Origin: Escherichia phage vB_EcoP_PHB20
Sequence record: MN481366.1
DNA length: 38,552 nt
Reading direction: 5' to 3' (one strand)
Both the position numbers and the translations under genes were made by a program. Positions 8,231-18,893 of this stretch are shown here, piece by piece; within the stretch, counting starts at the first letter, position 1; each line of letters starts with the position of its first letter. The notes beneath the pieces are model-generated. The model did not search any database and was not told the DNA's origin. It saw nothing but the letters and a program-made list of their open reading frames with translations.

Positions 8231-8253
8231 TAATACGACTCACTAAAGGAGGT
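8231..8253 (+). promoter_or_regulatory. T7 RNAP promoter phi1.5
   Basis: taatacgactcactaaaggaggt; +1 G at 8248. Confidence 0.8.
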
Positions 8254-8260
8254 ACACACC

Positions 8261-8350
8261 ATGCTGTACTTAATGCCATTACTCATCGTAATCATAGGGT
8301 ACCTTGCGCTCTACTGTAGCGATGATGATATGCCAGATGGTCACGCTTAA
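8261..8350 (+). CDS. 1.5: gp1.5 (29 aa)
   Basis: ATG 8261 after aaggaggt; MLYLMPLLIVIIGYLALYCSDDDMPDGHA; same size and position as T7 1.5. Confidence 0.6.
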   Translation: MLYLMPLLIVIIGYLALYCSDDDMPDGHA

Positions 8351-8370
8351 TACGACTCACTAAAGGAGAC
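8348..8370 (+). promoter_or_regulatory. T7 RNAP promoter phi1.6
   Basis: taatacgactcactaaaggagac; +1 G at 8365. Confidence 0.8.
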
Positions 8371-8375
8371 ACTAT

Positions 8376-8635
8376 ATGTTTCGACTTCATTACAACAAAA
8401 GCATTAAGAATTTCACGGTTCGCCATGCTGACCGTTCAATCGTATGTGTGAGCGAGCGCCGAGCTAAGTTGCCTCTTATTGGTGACACAGTTCCTTTGGC
8501 ACCGAACGTCCACATCATTATCACCCGTGGTGACTTCGAGAAAGCAATAGACAAGAAACGTCCGGTTCTTAGTGTGGCAGTGACCCGCTTCCCGTTCGTC
8601 CGCCTGTTACTCAAACGAATCAAGGAGGTGTTCTG

Positions 8636-8636
<1 letters not shown>
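8376..8636 (+). CDS. 1.6: gp1.6 (86 aa)
   Basis: Track ORF directly after phi1.6; size and position match T7 1.6. Confidence 0.8.
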
Positions 8637-9255
<619 letters not shown>

Positions 9256-9258
<3 letters not shown>

Positions 9259-9278
9259 TACGACTCACTATTAGGGAA
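9256..9278 (+). promoter_or_regulatory. T7 RNAP promoter phi2.5 (A-initiating)
   Basis: taatacgactcactattagggaaga; the T7 phi2.5 variant with +1 A. Confidence 0.8.
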
Positions 9279-9323
9279 GACTCCCTCTGAGAAACTAAAC
9301 GAAACCTAAAGGAGATTAACATT

Positions 9324-10022
9324 ATGGCTAAGAAGATTTTCACCTCTGCGCTGGGTATTGCTGAACCTTACGCTTACATCTCTAAGCCGGACTACGGCAA
9401 CGAAGAGCGTGGCTTTGGGAACCCTCGCGGTGTCTACAAAGTTGACCTGACTATTCCCAACAAAGACCCGCGCTGCCAGCGTATGGTCGATGAAATCGTG
9501 AAGTGTCACGAAGAGGCTTATGCTGCTGCCGTTGAGGAATACGAAGCGAATCCACCTGCGGTAGCTCGTGGTAAGAAACCACTGAAACCGTATGAAGGTG
9601 ACATGCCGTTCTTCGATAACGGTGACGGCACTACTACCTTTAAGTTCAAATGCTACGCGTCTTTCCAAGACAAGAAGACCAAAGAGACCAAGCACATCAA
9701 TCTGGTTGTGGTTGACTCCAAAGGTAAGAAGATTGAAGACGTTCCGATTATCGGTGGCGGCTCTAAGCTGAAAGTCAAATACTCTCTGGTTCCGTACAAG
9801 TGGAACACCGCTGTAGGTGCGAGCGTTAAGCTGCAACTGGAATCCGTAATGCTGGTCGAACTGGCTACCTTTGGTGGAGGTGAAGACGATTGGGCTGACG
9901 AAGTTGAAGAGAACGGCTATGTTGCCTCTGGTTCTGCCAAAGCGAGCAAACCACGCGACGAAGAAAGCTGGGACGAAGACGACGAAGAGTCCTACGAAGA
10001 AGACGAAGACGGAGACTTCTAA
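9324..10022 (+). CDS. 2.5: Single-stranded DNA-binding protein (gp2.5)
   Basis: 232 aa with acidic C-terminal tail DEESWDEDDEESYEEDEDGDF; near-identical to T7 gp2.5 as recalled. Confidence 0.95.
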   Translation: MAKKIFTSALGIAEPYAYISKPDYGNEERGFGNPRGVYKVDLTIPNKDPRCQRMVDEIVKCHEEAYAAAVEEYEANPPAVARGKKPLKPYEGDMPFFDNGDGTTTFKFKCYASFQDKKTKETKHINLVVVDSKGKKIEDVPIIGGGSKLKVKYSLVPYKWNTAVGASVKLQLESVMLVELATFGGGEDDWADEVEENGYVASGSAKASKPRDEESWDEDDEESYEEDEDGDF

Positions 10023-10478
10023 GTGGCTGGCGCATACGCTGCGCGTGGTATCCGAAAGGTCGGGACATTCCGTTCCGGCCTAGAAGATAAGGTCTCTAAG
10101 CAGCTAGAGGGTAAGGGCATTAAGTTCGACTATGAACTCTGGAAAATCCCTTACGTTGTCCCTGCGAGCAACCATGTGTATACTCCAGACTTCCTGCTGC
10201 CTAACGGAATCTTCATTGAAACCAAAGGTTTATGGGAGAGTGACGACCGAAAGAAACACTTATTGATTCGCGAACAGTTTCCCGAACTGGACATCCGTCT
10301 GGTGTTCTCAAGCTCGCGCACAAAGCTGTACAAAGGGTCTCCGACCAGTTACGGCGAGTGGTGTGAGAAGCACGGTATCCTGTTTGCTGACAAATTAATT
10401 CCTGTGGAATGGCTCAAAGAACCCAAAAAGGAGGTGCCATTTGACAAGCTGAAACAATCGAAGGGAGGTAAGAAATAA
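10023..10478 (+). CDS. 3: Endonuclease I, Holliday junction resolvase (gp3)
   Basis: 151 aa starting at GTG directly after the 2.5 stop; ...PASNHVYTPDFLLPNGIFIETKGLWESDDRKKHLLIREQ... matches T7 gp3. Confidence 0.9.
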   Translation: MAGAYAARGIRKVGTFRSGLEDKVSKQLEGKGIKFDYELWKIPYVVPASNHVYTPDFLLPNGIFIETKGLWESDDRKKHLLIREQFPELDIRLVFSSSRTKLYKGSPTSYGEWCEKHGILFADKLIPVEWLKEPKKEVPFDKLKQSKGGKK

Positions 10479-10933
10479 TGTCTCGTGTACAGTTCAAACA
10501 ACGTGAATCCACTGACGCAATCTTTGTCCACTGCTCGGCTACCAAGCCAAGTCAGAACGTGGGTGTCCGTGAGATTCGCCAGTGGCATAAAGAGCAAGGT
10601 TGGCTCGATGTTGGGTATCACTTTATCATCAAGCGTGATGGCACTGTAGAGGCGGGTCGAGACGAGATGGCTGTAGGTTCTCACGCTAAGGGCCACAACC
10701 ACAACTCTATTGGTGTCTGCCTTGTGGGTGGTATCGACGATAAAGGTAAGTTCGAAGCTAACTTTACGCCAGCCCAAATGCAATCCCTTCGCTCACTGCT
10801 TGTCACACTTCTTGCTAAGTACGAAGGTGCTGTTCTTCGCGCACATCACGATGTGGCACCAAAGGCTTGCCCATCGTTCGACCTTAAGCGTTGGTGGGAG
10901 AAGAACGAACTGGTCACTTCTGACCGTGGCTAA
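10478..10933 (+). CDS. 3.5: Lysozyme / N-acetylmuramoyl-L-alanine amidase, T7 RNAP inhibitor (gp3.5)
   Basis: 151 aa MSRVQFKQRESTDAIFVHCSATKPSQNVGVREIRQWHKEQGWLDVGYHFII...; near-identical to T7 lysozyme as recalled. Confidence 0.95.
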   Translation: MSRVQFKQRESTDAIFVHCSATKPSQNVGVREIRQWHKEQGWLDVGYHFIIKRDGTVEAGRDEMAVGSHAKGHNHNSIGVCLVGGIDDKGKFEANFTPAQMQSLRSLLVTLLAKYEGAVLRAHHDVAPKACPSFDLKRWWEKNELVTSDRG

Positions 10934-10953
10934 TTGAACTCACTAAAGGGAGA
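10931..10953 (+). promoter_or_regulatory. T7 RNAP promoter phi3.8
   Basis: taattgaactcactaaagggaga; +1 G at 10948; followed by hairpin gggagaccacaacggtttccc (R3.8-like). Confidence 0.75.
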
Positions 10954-10985
10954 CCACAACGGTTTCCCTTTGTTCGCATTGTTGA

Positions 10986-12735
<1,750 letters not shown>

Positions 12736-12749
12736 AGGAGGTACACACC

Positions 12750-12962
12750 ATGTTTAAACTGATTAAGAAGTTAGGCCAACTGCTGGTTCGTATGTACAAC
12801 GTGGAAGCTAAGCGTTTGAACGATGAGGCTCGTAAAGAGGCCACACAGTCACGCGCTCTGGCTATTCGCTCCAACGAACTTGCCGACAGTGCATCAACTA
12901 AAGTTACAGAAGCTGCCCGTGTAGCCAACCAAGCTCAACAGCTTTCCAAATTCTTTGAGTAA
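12750..12962 (+). CDS. 4.3: gp4.3 (70 aa)
   Basis: MFKLIKKLGQLLVRMYNVEAKRLNDEARKEATQSRALAIRSNELADSASTKVTEAARVANQAQQLSKFFE; matches T7 gp4.3. Confidence 0.85.
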   Translation: MFKLIKKLGQLLVRMYNVEAKRLNDEARKEATQSRALAIRSNELADSASTKVTEAARVANQAQQLSKFFE

Positions 12963-12981
12963 TAAAACAGGAGAAACCATT

Positions 12982-13251
12982 ATGTCTAACGTAGCTGAAA
13001 CTATCCGTCTATCCGATACCACTGACCAGTGGAACCGTCGAGTCCACATCAACGTTCGCAACGGTAAGGCGACTATGGTTTACCGCTGGAAGGACTCTAA
13101 GTCCTCTAAGAATCACACTCAGCGTATGACGTTGACAGATGAGCAAGCACTGCGTCTGGTCAATGCACTTACCAAAGCTGCCGTGACAGCAATCCATGAA
13201 GCTGGTCGCGTAGATGAAGCTATGGCTATCCTCGACAAGATTGATAGCTAA
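12982..13251 (+). CDS. 4.5: gp4.5 (89 aa; Lon protease inhibitor in T7)
   Basis: Internal ATG of track ORF 12955..13251 after aggaga SD; MSNVAETIRLSDTTDQWNRRVHINVRNGKATMVYRWKD... Confidence 0.85.
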   Translation: MSNVAETIRLSDTTDQWNRRVHINVRNGKATMVYRWKDSKSSKNHTQRMTLTDEQALRLVNALTKAAVTAIHEAGRVDEAMAILDKIDS

Positions 13252-13257
13252 GAGTGG

Positions 13258-13292
13258 TATACTCAAGGTCGCCCAAGTGGTGGCCTTCATGA
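13258..13292 (+). promoter_or_regulatory. RNase III processing hairpin R4.7
   Basis: tatactcaaggtcgcccaagtggtggccttcatg. Confidence 0.55.
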
Positions 13293-13295
13293 ATA

Positions 13296-13318
13296 CTATT
13301 CGACTCACTATAGGAGAT
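13296..13318 (+). promoter_or_regulatory. T7 RNAP promoter phi4.7
   Basis: ctattcgactcactataggagat; +1 G at 13313. Confidence 0.8.
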
Positions 13319-13324
13319 ATTATC

Positions 13325-13732
13325 ACGCGTGACCCTAAAGTTATCCAAGCAGAAATCGCTAAACTGGAAGCTGAACTGGAGGACGTTAAGTACCATGAAG
13401 CTAAGACTCGCTCCGCTGTTCACATCTTGAAGAACTTAGGCTGGACTTGGACAAGACAGACTGGCTGGAAGAAACCAGAAGTTAATAAACTGAGCCACAA
13501 GGTGTTCGATAAGGACACTATGACCCACATCAAGGCTGGTGATTGGGTTAAGGTTGACATGGGAGTTGTTGGTGGATACGGCTATGTCCGCTCAGTGAGT
13601 GGTAAATACGCACAAGTGTCATACATCACAGGTGTTACTCCACGAGGAGCAATCGTTGCTGATAAGACCAACATGATTCACACAGGCTTCTTGACAGTTG
13701 TCTCGTATGAAGAGATTGTTAAGTCACGATAA
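13325..13732 (+). CDS. 4.7: gene 4.7 homolog (135 codons) with ACG at the conserved start position; possibly untranslated or starting downstream at ATG 13520
   Basis: Open frame to 13732 with T7 gp4.7-like sequence; codon at +12 from the phi4.7 start, where T7 has ATG, reads acg; no ATG/GTG/TTG in frame until 13520. Confidence 0.55.
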   Translation, partial: TRDPKVIQAEIAKLEAELEDVKYHEAKTRSAVHILKNLGWTWTRQTGWKKPEVNKLSHKVFDKDTMTHIKAGDWVKVDMGVVGGYGYVRSVSGKYAQVSYITGVTPRGAIVADKTNMIHTGFLTVVSYEEIVKSR

Positions 13733-13750
13733 TCAATAGGAGAAATCAAT

Positions 13751-15865
13751 ATGATCGTTTCTGACATCGAAGCTAACGCCCTCTTAGAGAGCGTCACTAA
13801 GTTCCACTGCGGGGTTATCTACGACTACTCCACCGCTGAGTACGTAAGCTACCGTCCGAGTGGCTTCGGTGCGTATCTGGATGCGCTGGAAGCCGAGGTT
13901 GCACGAGGCGGTCTTATTGTGTTCCACAACGGTCACAAGTATGACGTTCCTGCATTGACCAAACTGGCAAAGCTACAATTGAACCGAGAGTTCCACCTTC
14001 CTCGTGAGAACTGTATCGACACCCTTGTGCTGTCACGTTTGATTCACTCTAACCTGAAAGACACCGATATGGGTCTTCTGCGTTCCGGTAAGTTGCCGGG
14101 GAAACGCTTTGGGTCTCACGCTTTGGAGGCGTGGGGTTATCGCTTAGGCGAAATGAAAGGTGAATACAAGGATGACTTTAAGCGTATGCTTGAAGAGCAA
14201 GGTGAAGAATACGTTGACGGAATGGAATGGTGGAACTTCAACGAAGAGATGATGGACTATAACGTTCAGGACGTTGTGGTCACTAAGGCTCTCCTTGAGA
14301 AGCTGCTCTCTGATAAACATTACTTCCCTCCTGAGATTGACTTTACGGACGTAGGCTACACTACGTTCTGGTCAGAATCCCTTGAGGCCGTTGACGTTGA
14401 ACATCGCGCTGCGTGGCTACTCGCTAAGCAAGAGCGTAATGGGTTCCCGTTTGACACGAAGGCAATCGAGGAGTTGTACGTAGAGTTAGCTGCTCGCCGC
14501 TCTGAGTTGCTCCGCAAATTGACCGAAACGTTCGGCTCGTGGTATCAGCCCAAAGGTGGCACCGAAATGTTCTGCCATCCGAGGACTGGTAAGCCATTAC
14601 CTAAATACCCTCGCATTAAGATACCTAAAGTTGGTGGTATCTTTAAGAAGCCTAAGAACAAGGCACAGCGAGAGGGCCGTGAGCATTGCGAACTGGATAC
14701 CCGTGAGTACGTTGCTGGCGCTCCGTATACTCCAGTTGAGCACGTAGTGTTTAACCCTTCGTCTCGCGACCACATCCAGAAGAAACTCCAAGAGGCTGGA
14801 TGGGTCCCCACGAAGTACACCGATAAGGGTGCGCCTGTGGTGGACGATGAGGTACTCGAAGGAGTACGTGTAGATGACCCTGAGAAGCAAGCTGCAATCG
14901 ACCTCATTAAAGAATACTTGATGATTCAGAAGCGAATCGGACAGTCTGCTGAGGGAGACAAGGCGTGGCTTCGTTACGTTGCTGAGGATGGTAAAATTCA
15001 TGGTTCTGTTAATCCCAACGGCGCTGTTACTGGTCGCGCTACTCACGCTTTCCCTAACCTCGCACAGATACCCGGTGTCCGTTCTCCTTATGGTGATAAG
15101 TGCCGCGCTGCTTTTGGCGCTGAACATCACCTAGACGGTATTACTGGTAAGCCTTGGGTTCAGGCGGGTATCGACGCATCCGGCCTTGAGTTGCGCTGTT
15201 TGGCCCACTTCATGGCTCGCTTTGATAACGGTGAGTATGCTCACGAGATTCTCAACGGTGACATCCACACTAAGAACCAGATTGCTGCCGAATTGCCTAC
15301 CCGTGATAACGCCAAGACGTTCATCTATGGGTTCCTTTATGGCGCTGGTGATGAGAAGATTGGACAGATTGTAGGTGCTGGTAAAGAACGCGGTAAGGAA
15401 CTCAAGAAGAAATTCCTTGAGAACACCCCAGCGATTGCAGCACTCCGTGAGTCTATCCAACAGACACTTGTTGAGTCCTCTCAGTGGGTAGCTGGCGAAC
15501 AGCGAGTCAAGTGGAAACGCCGCTGGATTAAAGGTCTGGATGGTCGTAAGGTACACGTTCGTAGTCCTCACGCCGCATTGAATACCCTACTGCAATCGGC
15601 TGGTGCTCTCATCTGCAAACTGTGGATTATCAAGACCGAAGAGATGCTCGTTGAGAAAGGCTTGAAGCACGGCTGGGATGGGGACTTTGCGTACATGGCA
15701 TGGGTACATGATGAAATCCAAGTAGGCTGCCGTACCGAAGAGATTGCCCAGGTGGTCATTGAGACCGCACAAGAGGCGATGCGCTGGGTGGGAGACCACT
15801 GGAACTTCCGGTGTCTTCTGGATACCGAAGGTAAGATGGGTCCTAACTGGGCCGTATGTCACTGA
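13751..15865 (+). CDS. 5: DNA polymerase (gp5), family A with 3'-5' exonuclease
   Basis: 704 aa; exo motif MIVSDIEAN, polymerase motifs YGFLYGAG and VHDE; near-identical to T7 gp5 as recalled. Confidence 0.98.
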   Translation: MIVSDIEANALLESVTKFHCGVIYDYSTAEYVSYRPSGFGAYLDALEAEVARGGLIVFHNGHKYDVPALTKLAKLQLNREFHLPRENCIDTLVLSRLIHSNLKDTDMGLLRSGKLPGKRFGSHALEAWGYRLGEMKGEYKDDFKRMLEEQGEEYVDGMEWWNFNEEMMDYNVQDVVVTKALLEKLLSDKHYFPPEIDFTDVGYTTFWSESLEAVDVEHRAAWLLAKQERNGFPFDTKAIEELYVELAARRSELLRKLTETFGSWYQPKGGTEMFCHPRTGKPLPKYPRIKIPKVGGIFKKPKNKAQREGREHCELDTREYVAGAPYTPVEHVVFNPSSRDHIQKKLQEAGWVPTKYTDKGAPVVDDEVLEGVRVDDPEKQAAIDLIKEYLMIQKRIGQSAEGDKAWLRYVAEDGKIHGSVNPNGAVTGRATHAFPNLAQIPGVRSPYGDKCRAAFGAEHHLDGITGKPWVQAGIDASGLELRCLAHFMARFDNGEYAHEILNGDIHTKNQIAAELPTRDNAKTFIYGFLYGAGDEKIGQIVGAGKERGKELKKKFLENTPAIAALRESIQQTLVESSQWVAGEQRVKWKRRWIKGLDGRKVHVRSPHAALNTLLQSAGALICKLWIIKTEEMLVEKGLKHGWDGDFAYMAWVHDEIQVGCRTEEIAQVVIETAQEAMRWVGDHWNFRCLLDTEGKMGPNWAVCH

Positions 15866-15884
15866 TTCTATAGGAGAAATTATT

Positions 15885-16184
15885 ATGGCTATGACAAAGA
15901 AATTTAAAGTGTCCTTCGACGTTACCGCTAAGATGACATCTGACGTTCAGGCAATCTTAGAGAAAGACATGCTACACCTGTGTAAGCAGGTTGGCTCTGG
16001 TGCTATTGTTCCTAACGGTAAACAGAAAGAGATGATTGTCCAGTTCCTGACACACGGCATGGAAGGGCTGATGACATTCGTGGTGCGTATAGCATTCCGT
16101 GAGGCAATCAAGGACATGCACGAAGAGTATGCCGATAAGGACTCCTTCAAACTCTCTCCTGCAACAGTACGGGAGGTGTTCTGA
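15885..16184 (+). CDS. 5.5: gp5.5 (99 aa; H-NS-binding protein in T7)
   Basis: ATG 15885 after taggagaaattatt; MAMTKKFKVSFDVTAKMTSDVQAILEKDMLHLCKQVG...; only 19 nt after the gene 5 stop. Confidence 0.9.
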   Translation: MAMTKKFKVSFDVTAKMTSDVQAILEKDMLHLCKQVGSGAIVPNGKQKEMIVQFLTHGMEGLMTFVVRIAFREAIKDMHEEYADKDSFKLSPATVREVF

Positions 16185-16393
16185 TGTCTGACTATCTGAA
16201 AGTGCTGCAAGCAATCAAAAGTTTCCCTAAGACTTTCCAGTCCAACTATGTACGGAACAATGCGAGCCTCGTAGCGGAGGCCGCTTCCCGTGGTCACATC
16301 TCATGCCTGACTACGAGTGGGCGCAACGGTGGCGCTTGGGAAATTACCGCTTCCGGTACTCGCTTTCTGAAACGAATGGGAGGGTGTGTCTGA
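16184..16393 (+). CDS. 5.7: gp5.7 (69 aa)
   Basis: MSDYLKVLQAIKSFPKTFQSNYVRNNASLVAEAASRGHISCLTTSGRNGGAWEITASGTRFLKRMGGCV; matches T7 gp5.7. Confidence 0.85.
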   Translation: MSDYLKVLQAIKSFPKTFQSNYVRNNASLVAEAASRGHISCLTTSGRNGGAWEITASGTRFLKRMGGCV

Positions 16394-16551
16394 TGGTTCG
16401 TGACACTGTAACAATTCCTCGTGATGCGTGGAACGATATGCAGGGCTACATCGACTCTCTGGAACGTGAGAACGATAGCCTTAAGAATCAACTTATGGAA
16501 GCTGACGAATACGTAGCTGAGCTAGAGGAGAAACTTAATGGCACTTCTTGA
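16393..16551 (+). CDS. 5.9: gp5.9 (52 aa; RecBCD inhibitor in T7)
   Basis: ATG 16393 overlapping the 5.7 stop; MVRDTVTIPRDAWNDMQGYIDSLERENDSLKNQLMEADEYVAELEEKLNGTS. Confidence 0.8.
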   Translation: MVRDTVTIPRDAWNDMQGYIDSLERENDSLKNQLMEADEYVAELEEKLNGTS

Positions 16552-17440
16552 CCTTAAACAATTCTACGAGTTACGCGAAGGTTGTGACGACAAGGGTATC
16601 CTAGTGATGGATGGTGACTGGCTGGTCTTCCAAGCGATGAGTGCTGCTGAGTTTGATGCCTCATGGGAGGAAGAGATTTGGCACCGCTGCTGTGACCACG
16701 CTAAGGCCCGTCAGATTCTTGAGGATTCCATCAAGTCCTATGAGACCCGTAAGAAGGCTTGGGTAGGTGCTCCGATTGTCCTTGCGTTCACCGATAGCGT
16801 TAACTGGCGCAAAGAACTGGTTGACCCGAACTACAAGGCTAACCGTAAGGCAACGAAGAAACCTGTAGGTTACTTTGAGTTCCTTGATGCACTATTTGAG
16901 CGAGAAGAGTTCTACTGCATCCGTGAGCCTATGCTTGAGGGTGATGACGTTATGGGAGTTATTGCTTCCAATCCGTCTGCATTCGGTGCTCGTAAGGCTG
17001 TAATCATCTCGTGCGATAAGGACTTTAAGACCATCCCTAACTGCGACTTCCTCTGGTGTACCACTGGTAACATCCTGACTCAGACCGAAGAGTCCGCTGA
17101 CTGGTGGCACCTCTTCCAGACCATCAAGGGTGACATTACCGATGGTTACTCAGGGATTGCCGGATGGGGCGATACAGCCGAGGACTTCTTGAATAACCCG
17201 TTCATAACCGAGCCTAAAACGTCTGTGCTTAAGTCTGGAAAGAACAAAGGCCAAGAGGTCACCAAGTGGGTTAAACGTGCCCCTGAGCCTCATGAGACGC
17301 TTTGGGACTGCATTAAGTCCATCGGTGCGAAGGCTGGTATGACCGAAGAGGATGTTATCAAGCAGGCACAGATGGCTCGCATCCTACGGTTCAATGAGTA
17401 CAACTTTATTGACAAGGAGATTTACCTGTGGAGGCCGTAG
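16538..17440 (+). CDS. 6: 5'-3' exonuclease (gp6)
   Basis: 300 aa MALLDLKQFYELREGCDDKGILVMDGDWLVFQ...; near-identical to T7 gp6 as recalled. Confidence 0.95.
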   Translation: MALLDLKQFYELREGCDDKGILVMDGDWLVFQAMSAAEFDASWEEEIWHRCCDHAKARQILEDSIKSYETRKKAWVGAPIVLAFTDSVNWRKELVDPNYKANRKATKKPVGYFEFLDALFEREEFYCIREPMLEGDDVMGVIASNPSAFGARKAVIISCDKDFKTIPNCDFLWCTTGNILTQTEESADWWHLFQTIKGDITDGYSGIAGWGDTAEDFLNNPFITEPKTSVLKSGKNKGQEVTKWVKRAPEPHETLWDCIKSIGAKAGMTEEDVIKQAQMARILRFNEYNFIDKEIYLWRP

Positions 17441-17541
17441 CGTATATTGGCATTGGTCTTTGTGTCCTCGGAATGTGCCTCATTGCGTGGGGCCTTTGGG
17501 ACTTAGCCCGAATAATCAAGGCGTTACAAGACTCTAAGTGA
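17428..17541 (+). CDS. 6.3: gp6.3 (37 aa, hydrophobic), GTG start
   Basis: GTG 17428 overlapping the gene 6 end; (M)EAVAYIGIGLCVLGMCLIAWGLWDLARIIKALQDSK, T7 gp6.3-like. Confidence 0.6.
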   Translation: MEAVAYIGIGLCVLGMCLIAWGLWDLARIIKALQDSK

Positions 17542-17600
17542 TAAACTCAAGGTCCCTAAATTAATACGACTCACTATAGGGAGATAGGGGCCTTTATGAT
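17541..17600 (+). promoter_or_regulatory. RNase III site R6.5 (hairpin enclosing phi6.5)
   Basis: ataaactcaaggtccctaaa ... gggagataggggcctttatgat flanks the promoter, as in T7. Confidence 0.5.
17562..17584 (+). promoter_or_regulatory. T7 RNAP promoter phi6.5
   Basis: taatacgactcactatagggaga, perfect consensus; +1 G at 17579. Confidence 0.85.
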
Positions 17601-17638
17601 TATTACTTTAAGATTTAACTCTAAGAGGAATCTTTATC

Positions 17639-17893
17639 ATGTTAACACCTATTAACCAATTACTTAAGAACCCTAACGATGTTCCAGACGTGCCTCGTGC
17701 GACTGCTGAGTATCTACAGGTTCGATTCAACTATGCGTACCTCGAAGCGTCTGGTCATATAGGACTTATGCGTGCTAATGGTTGTAGTGAGGCCCACATC
17801 TTGGGTTTCATTCAGGGCCTACAGTATGCCTCTAACGTCATTGACGAGATTGAGTTGCGCAAGGAACAACTAAGAGACGATGGGGAGGATTGA
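17639..17893 (+). CDS. 6.5: gp6.5 (84 aa)
   Basis: Track ORF after phi6.5; size and position match T7 6.5. Confidence 0.85.
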   Translation: MLTPINQLLKNPNDVPDVPRATAEYLQVRFNYAYLEASGHIGLMRANGCSEAHILGFIQGLQYASNVIDEIELRKEQLRDDGED

Positions 17894-17897
17894 CACT

Positions 17898-18164
17898 ATG
17901 TGTTTCTCACCGAAAATTAAAACTCCAAAGATGGATACCAATCAGATTCGAGCCATTGAGCCAGCGCCTCTGACCCAAGAAGTGTCAAGCGTAGAGTTCG
18001 GTGGGTCTTCTGATGAGACGGATACCGAAGGCACCGAAGTGTCTGGACGCAAAGGCCTCAAGGTCGAACGTGATGATTCCGTAGCGAAGTATAAAGCCAG
18101 CGATAATGGCTCCGCTCGTATGAAATCTTCAATCCGTAAGTCCGCATTCGGAGGCAAGAAGTGA
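17898..18164 (+). CDS. 6.7: gp6.7 (88 aa, virion protein)
   Basis: Internal ATG of track ORF 17880..18164; MCFSPKIKTPKMDTNQIRAIEPAPLTQEVSSVEFGGSSDETDTEG... Confidence 0.85.
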   Translation: MCFSPKIKTPKMDTNQIRAIEPAPLTQEVSSVEFGGSSDETDTEGTEVSGRKGLKVERDDSVAKYKASDNGSARMKSSIRKSAFGGKK

Positions 18165-18565
18165 TGTCTGAGTTCACATGTGTGGAGGCCAAGAGTCGCT
18201 TCCGTGCAATCAGGTGGACTGTGGAACACCTTGGGTTGCCTAAGGGATTCGAAGGACACTTTGTGGGCTACAGCCTCTACGTGGACGAAGTAATGGACAT
18301 GTCTGGTTGCCGTGAAGAGTACATTCTGGACTCTACCGGAAAACATGTAGCGTACTTCGCGTGGTGCGTAAGCTGTGACATTCACCACAAAGGAGACATT
18401 CTGGACGTAACGTCAGTTGTCATTAATCCTGAGGCAGACTCTAAGGGCTTACAGCGATTCCTAGCGAAACGCTTTAAGTACCTTGCAGAACTCCACGATT
18501 GCGATTGGGTGTCTCGTTGTAAGCATGAAGGCGAGACGATGCGTGTATACTTTAAGGAGGTATAA
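18164..18565 (+). CDS. 7: gp7 (133 aa, host-range/virion protein)
   Basis: ATG 18164 overlapping the 6.7 stop (gTGATGt); track ORF 18161..18565. Confidence 0.8.
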   Translation: MSEFTCVEAKSRFRAIRWTVEHLGLPKGFEGHFVGYSLYVDEVMDMSGCREEYILDSTGKHVAYFAWCVSCDIHHKGDILDVTSVVINPEADSKGLQRFLAKRFKYLAELHDCDWVSRCKHEGETMRVYFKEV

Positions 18566-18591
18566 GTTATGGGTAAGAAAATCACGAAGCA

Positions 18592-18879
18592 GTGAAGAAA
18601 GTCACCAAGCCAATTACGAAAGCCGTGAAGAAAGTTACCAAGGAAGTGGCCAGTCCGATTAAACAGGTTGTAGGTGGTCTGGCTGGCGGTGCAGGTGAAG
18701 CACAGGTTGTGGAGGTCCCACAGGCTGCCACTCCTGCTGCACAGATTGGTGACATACCTGAGAAAGAGGTCTCCACCGAGGATGAAGCACAGACCGAAAG
18801 CGGACGTAAGAAAGCTCGTGCTGGCGGTAAGAAGTCCCTGAGTGTAGCTCGTAGCTCCGGTGGCGGCATCAATATTTAA
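18592..18879 (+). CDS. 7.3: gp7.3 (tail-associated), 5' end out of frame with the RBS-proximal ATG at 18569
   Basis: Body VKKVTKPITKAVKKVTKEVASPIKQVVGG...SLSVARSSGGGINI matches T7 gp7.3; ATG 18569 after aaggaggtataagtt opens MGKKITKQ then TGA at 18593-18595; body continues in the other frame from GTG 18592. Confidence 0.7.
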   Translation: MKKVTKPITKAVKKVTKEVASPIKQVVGGLAGGAGEAQVVEVPQAATPAAQIGDIPEKEVSTEDEAQTESGRKKARAGGKKSLSVARSSGGGINI

Positions 18880-18893
18880 ACAGGAGGTGACAC

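Noticed and set aside
9871-10083. 70-aa lysine-rich ORF spanning the 2.5/3 junction
   Set aside because: It is an alternate-frame read through the acidic tail codons of gene 2.5 and the start of gene 3, with no independent start signals.
13214-13324. N-terminal extension of the gene 4.7 ORF starting at ATG 13214
   Set aside because: It would begin inside gene 4.5 and read through the R4.7 hairpin and the phi4.7 promoter; the conserved 4.7 coding region starts after the promoter.
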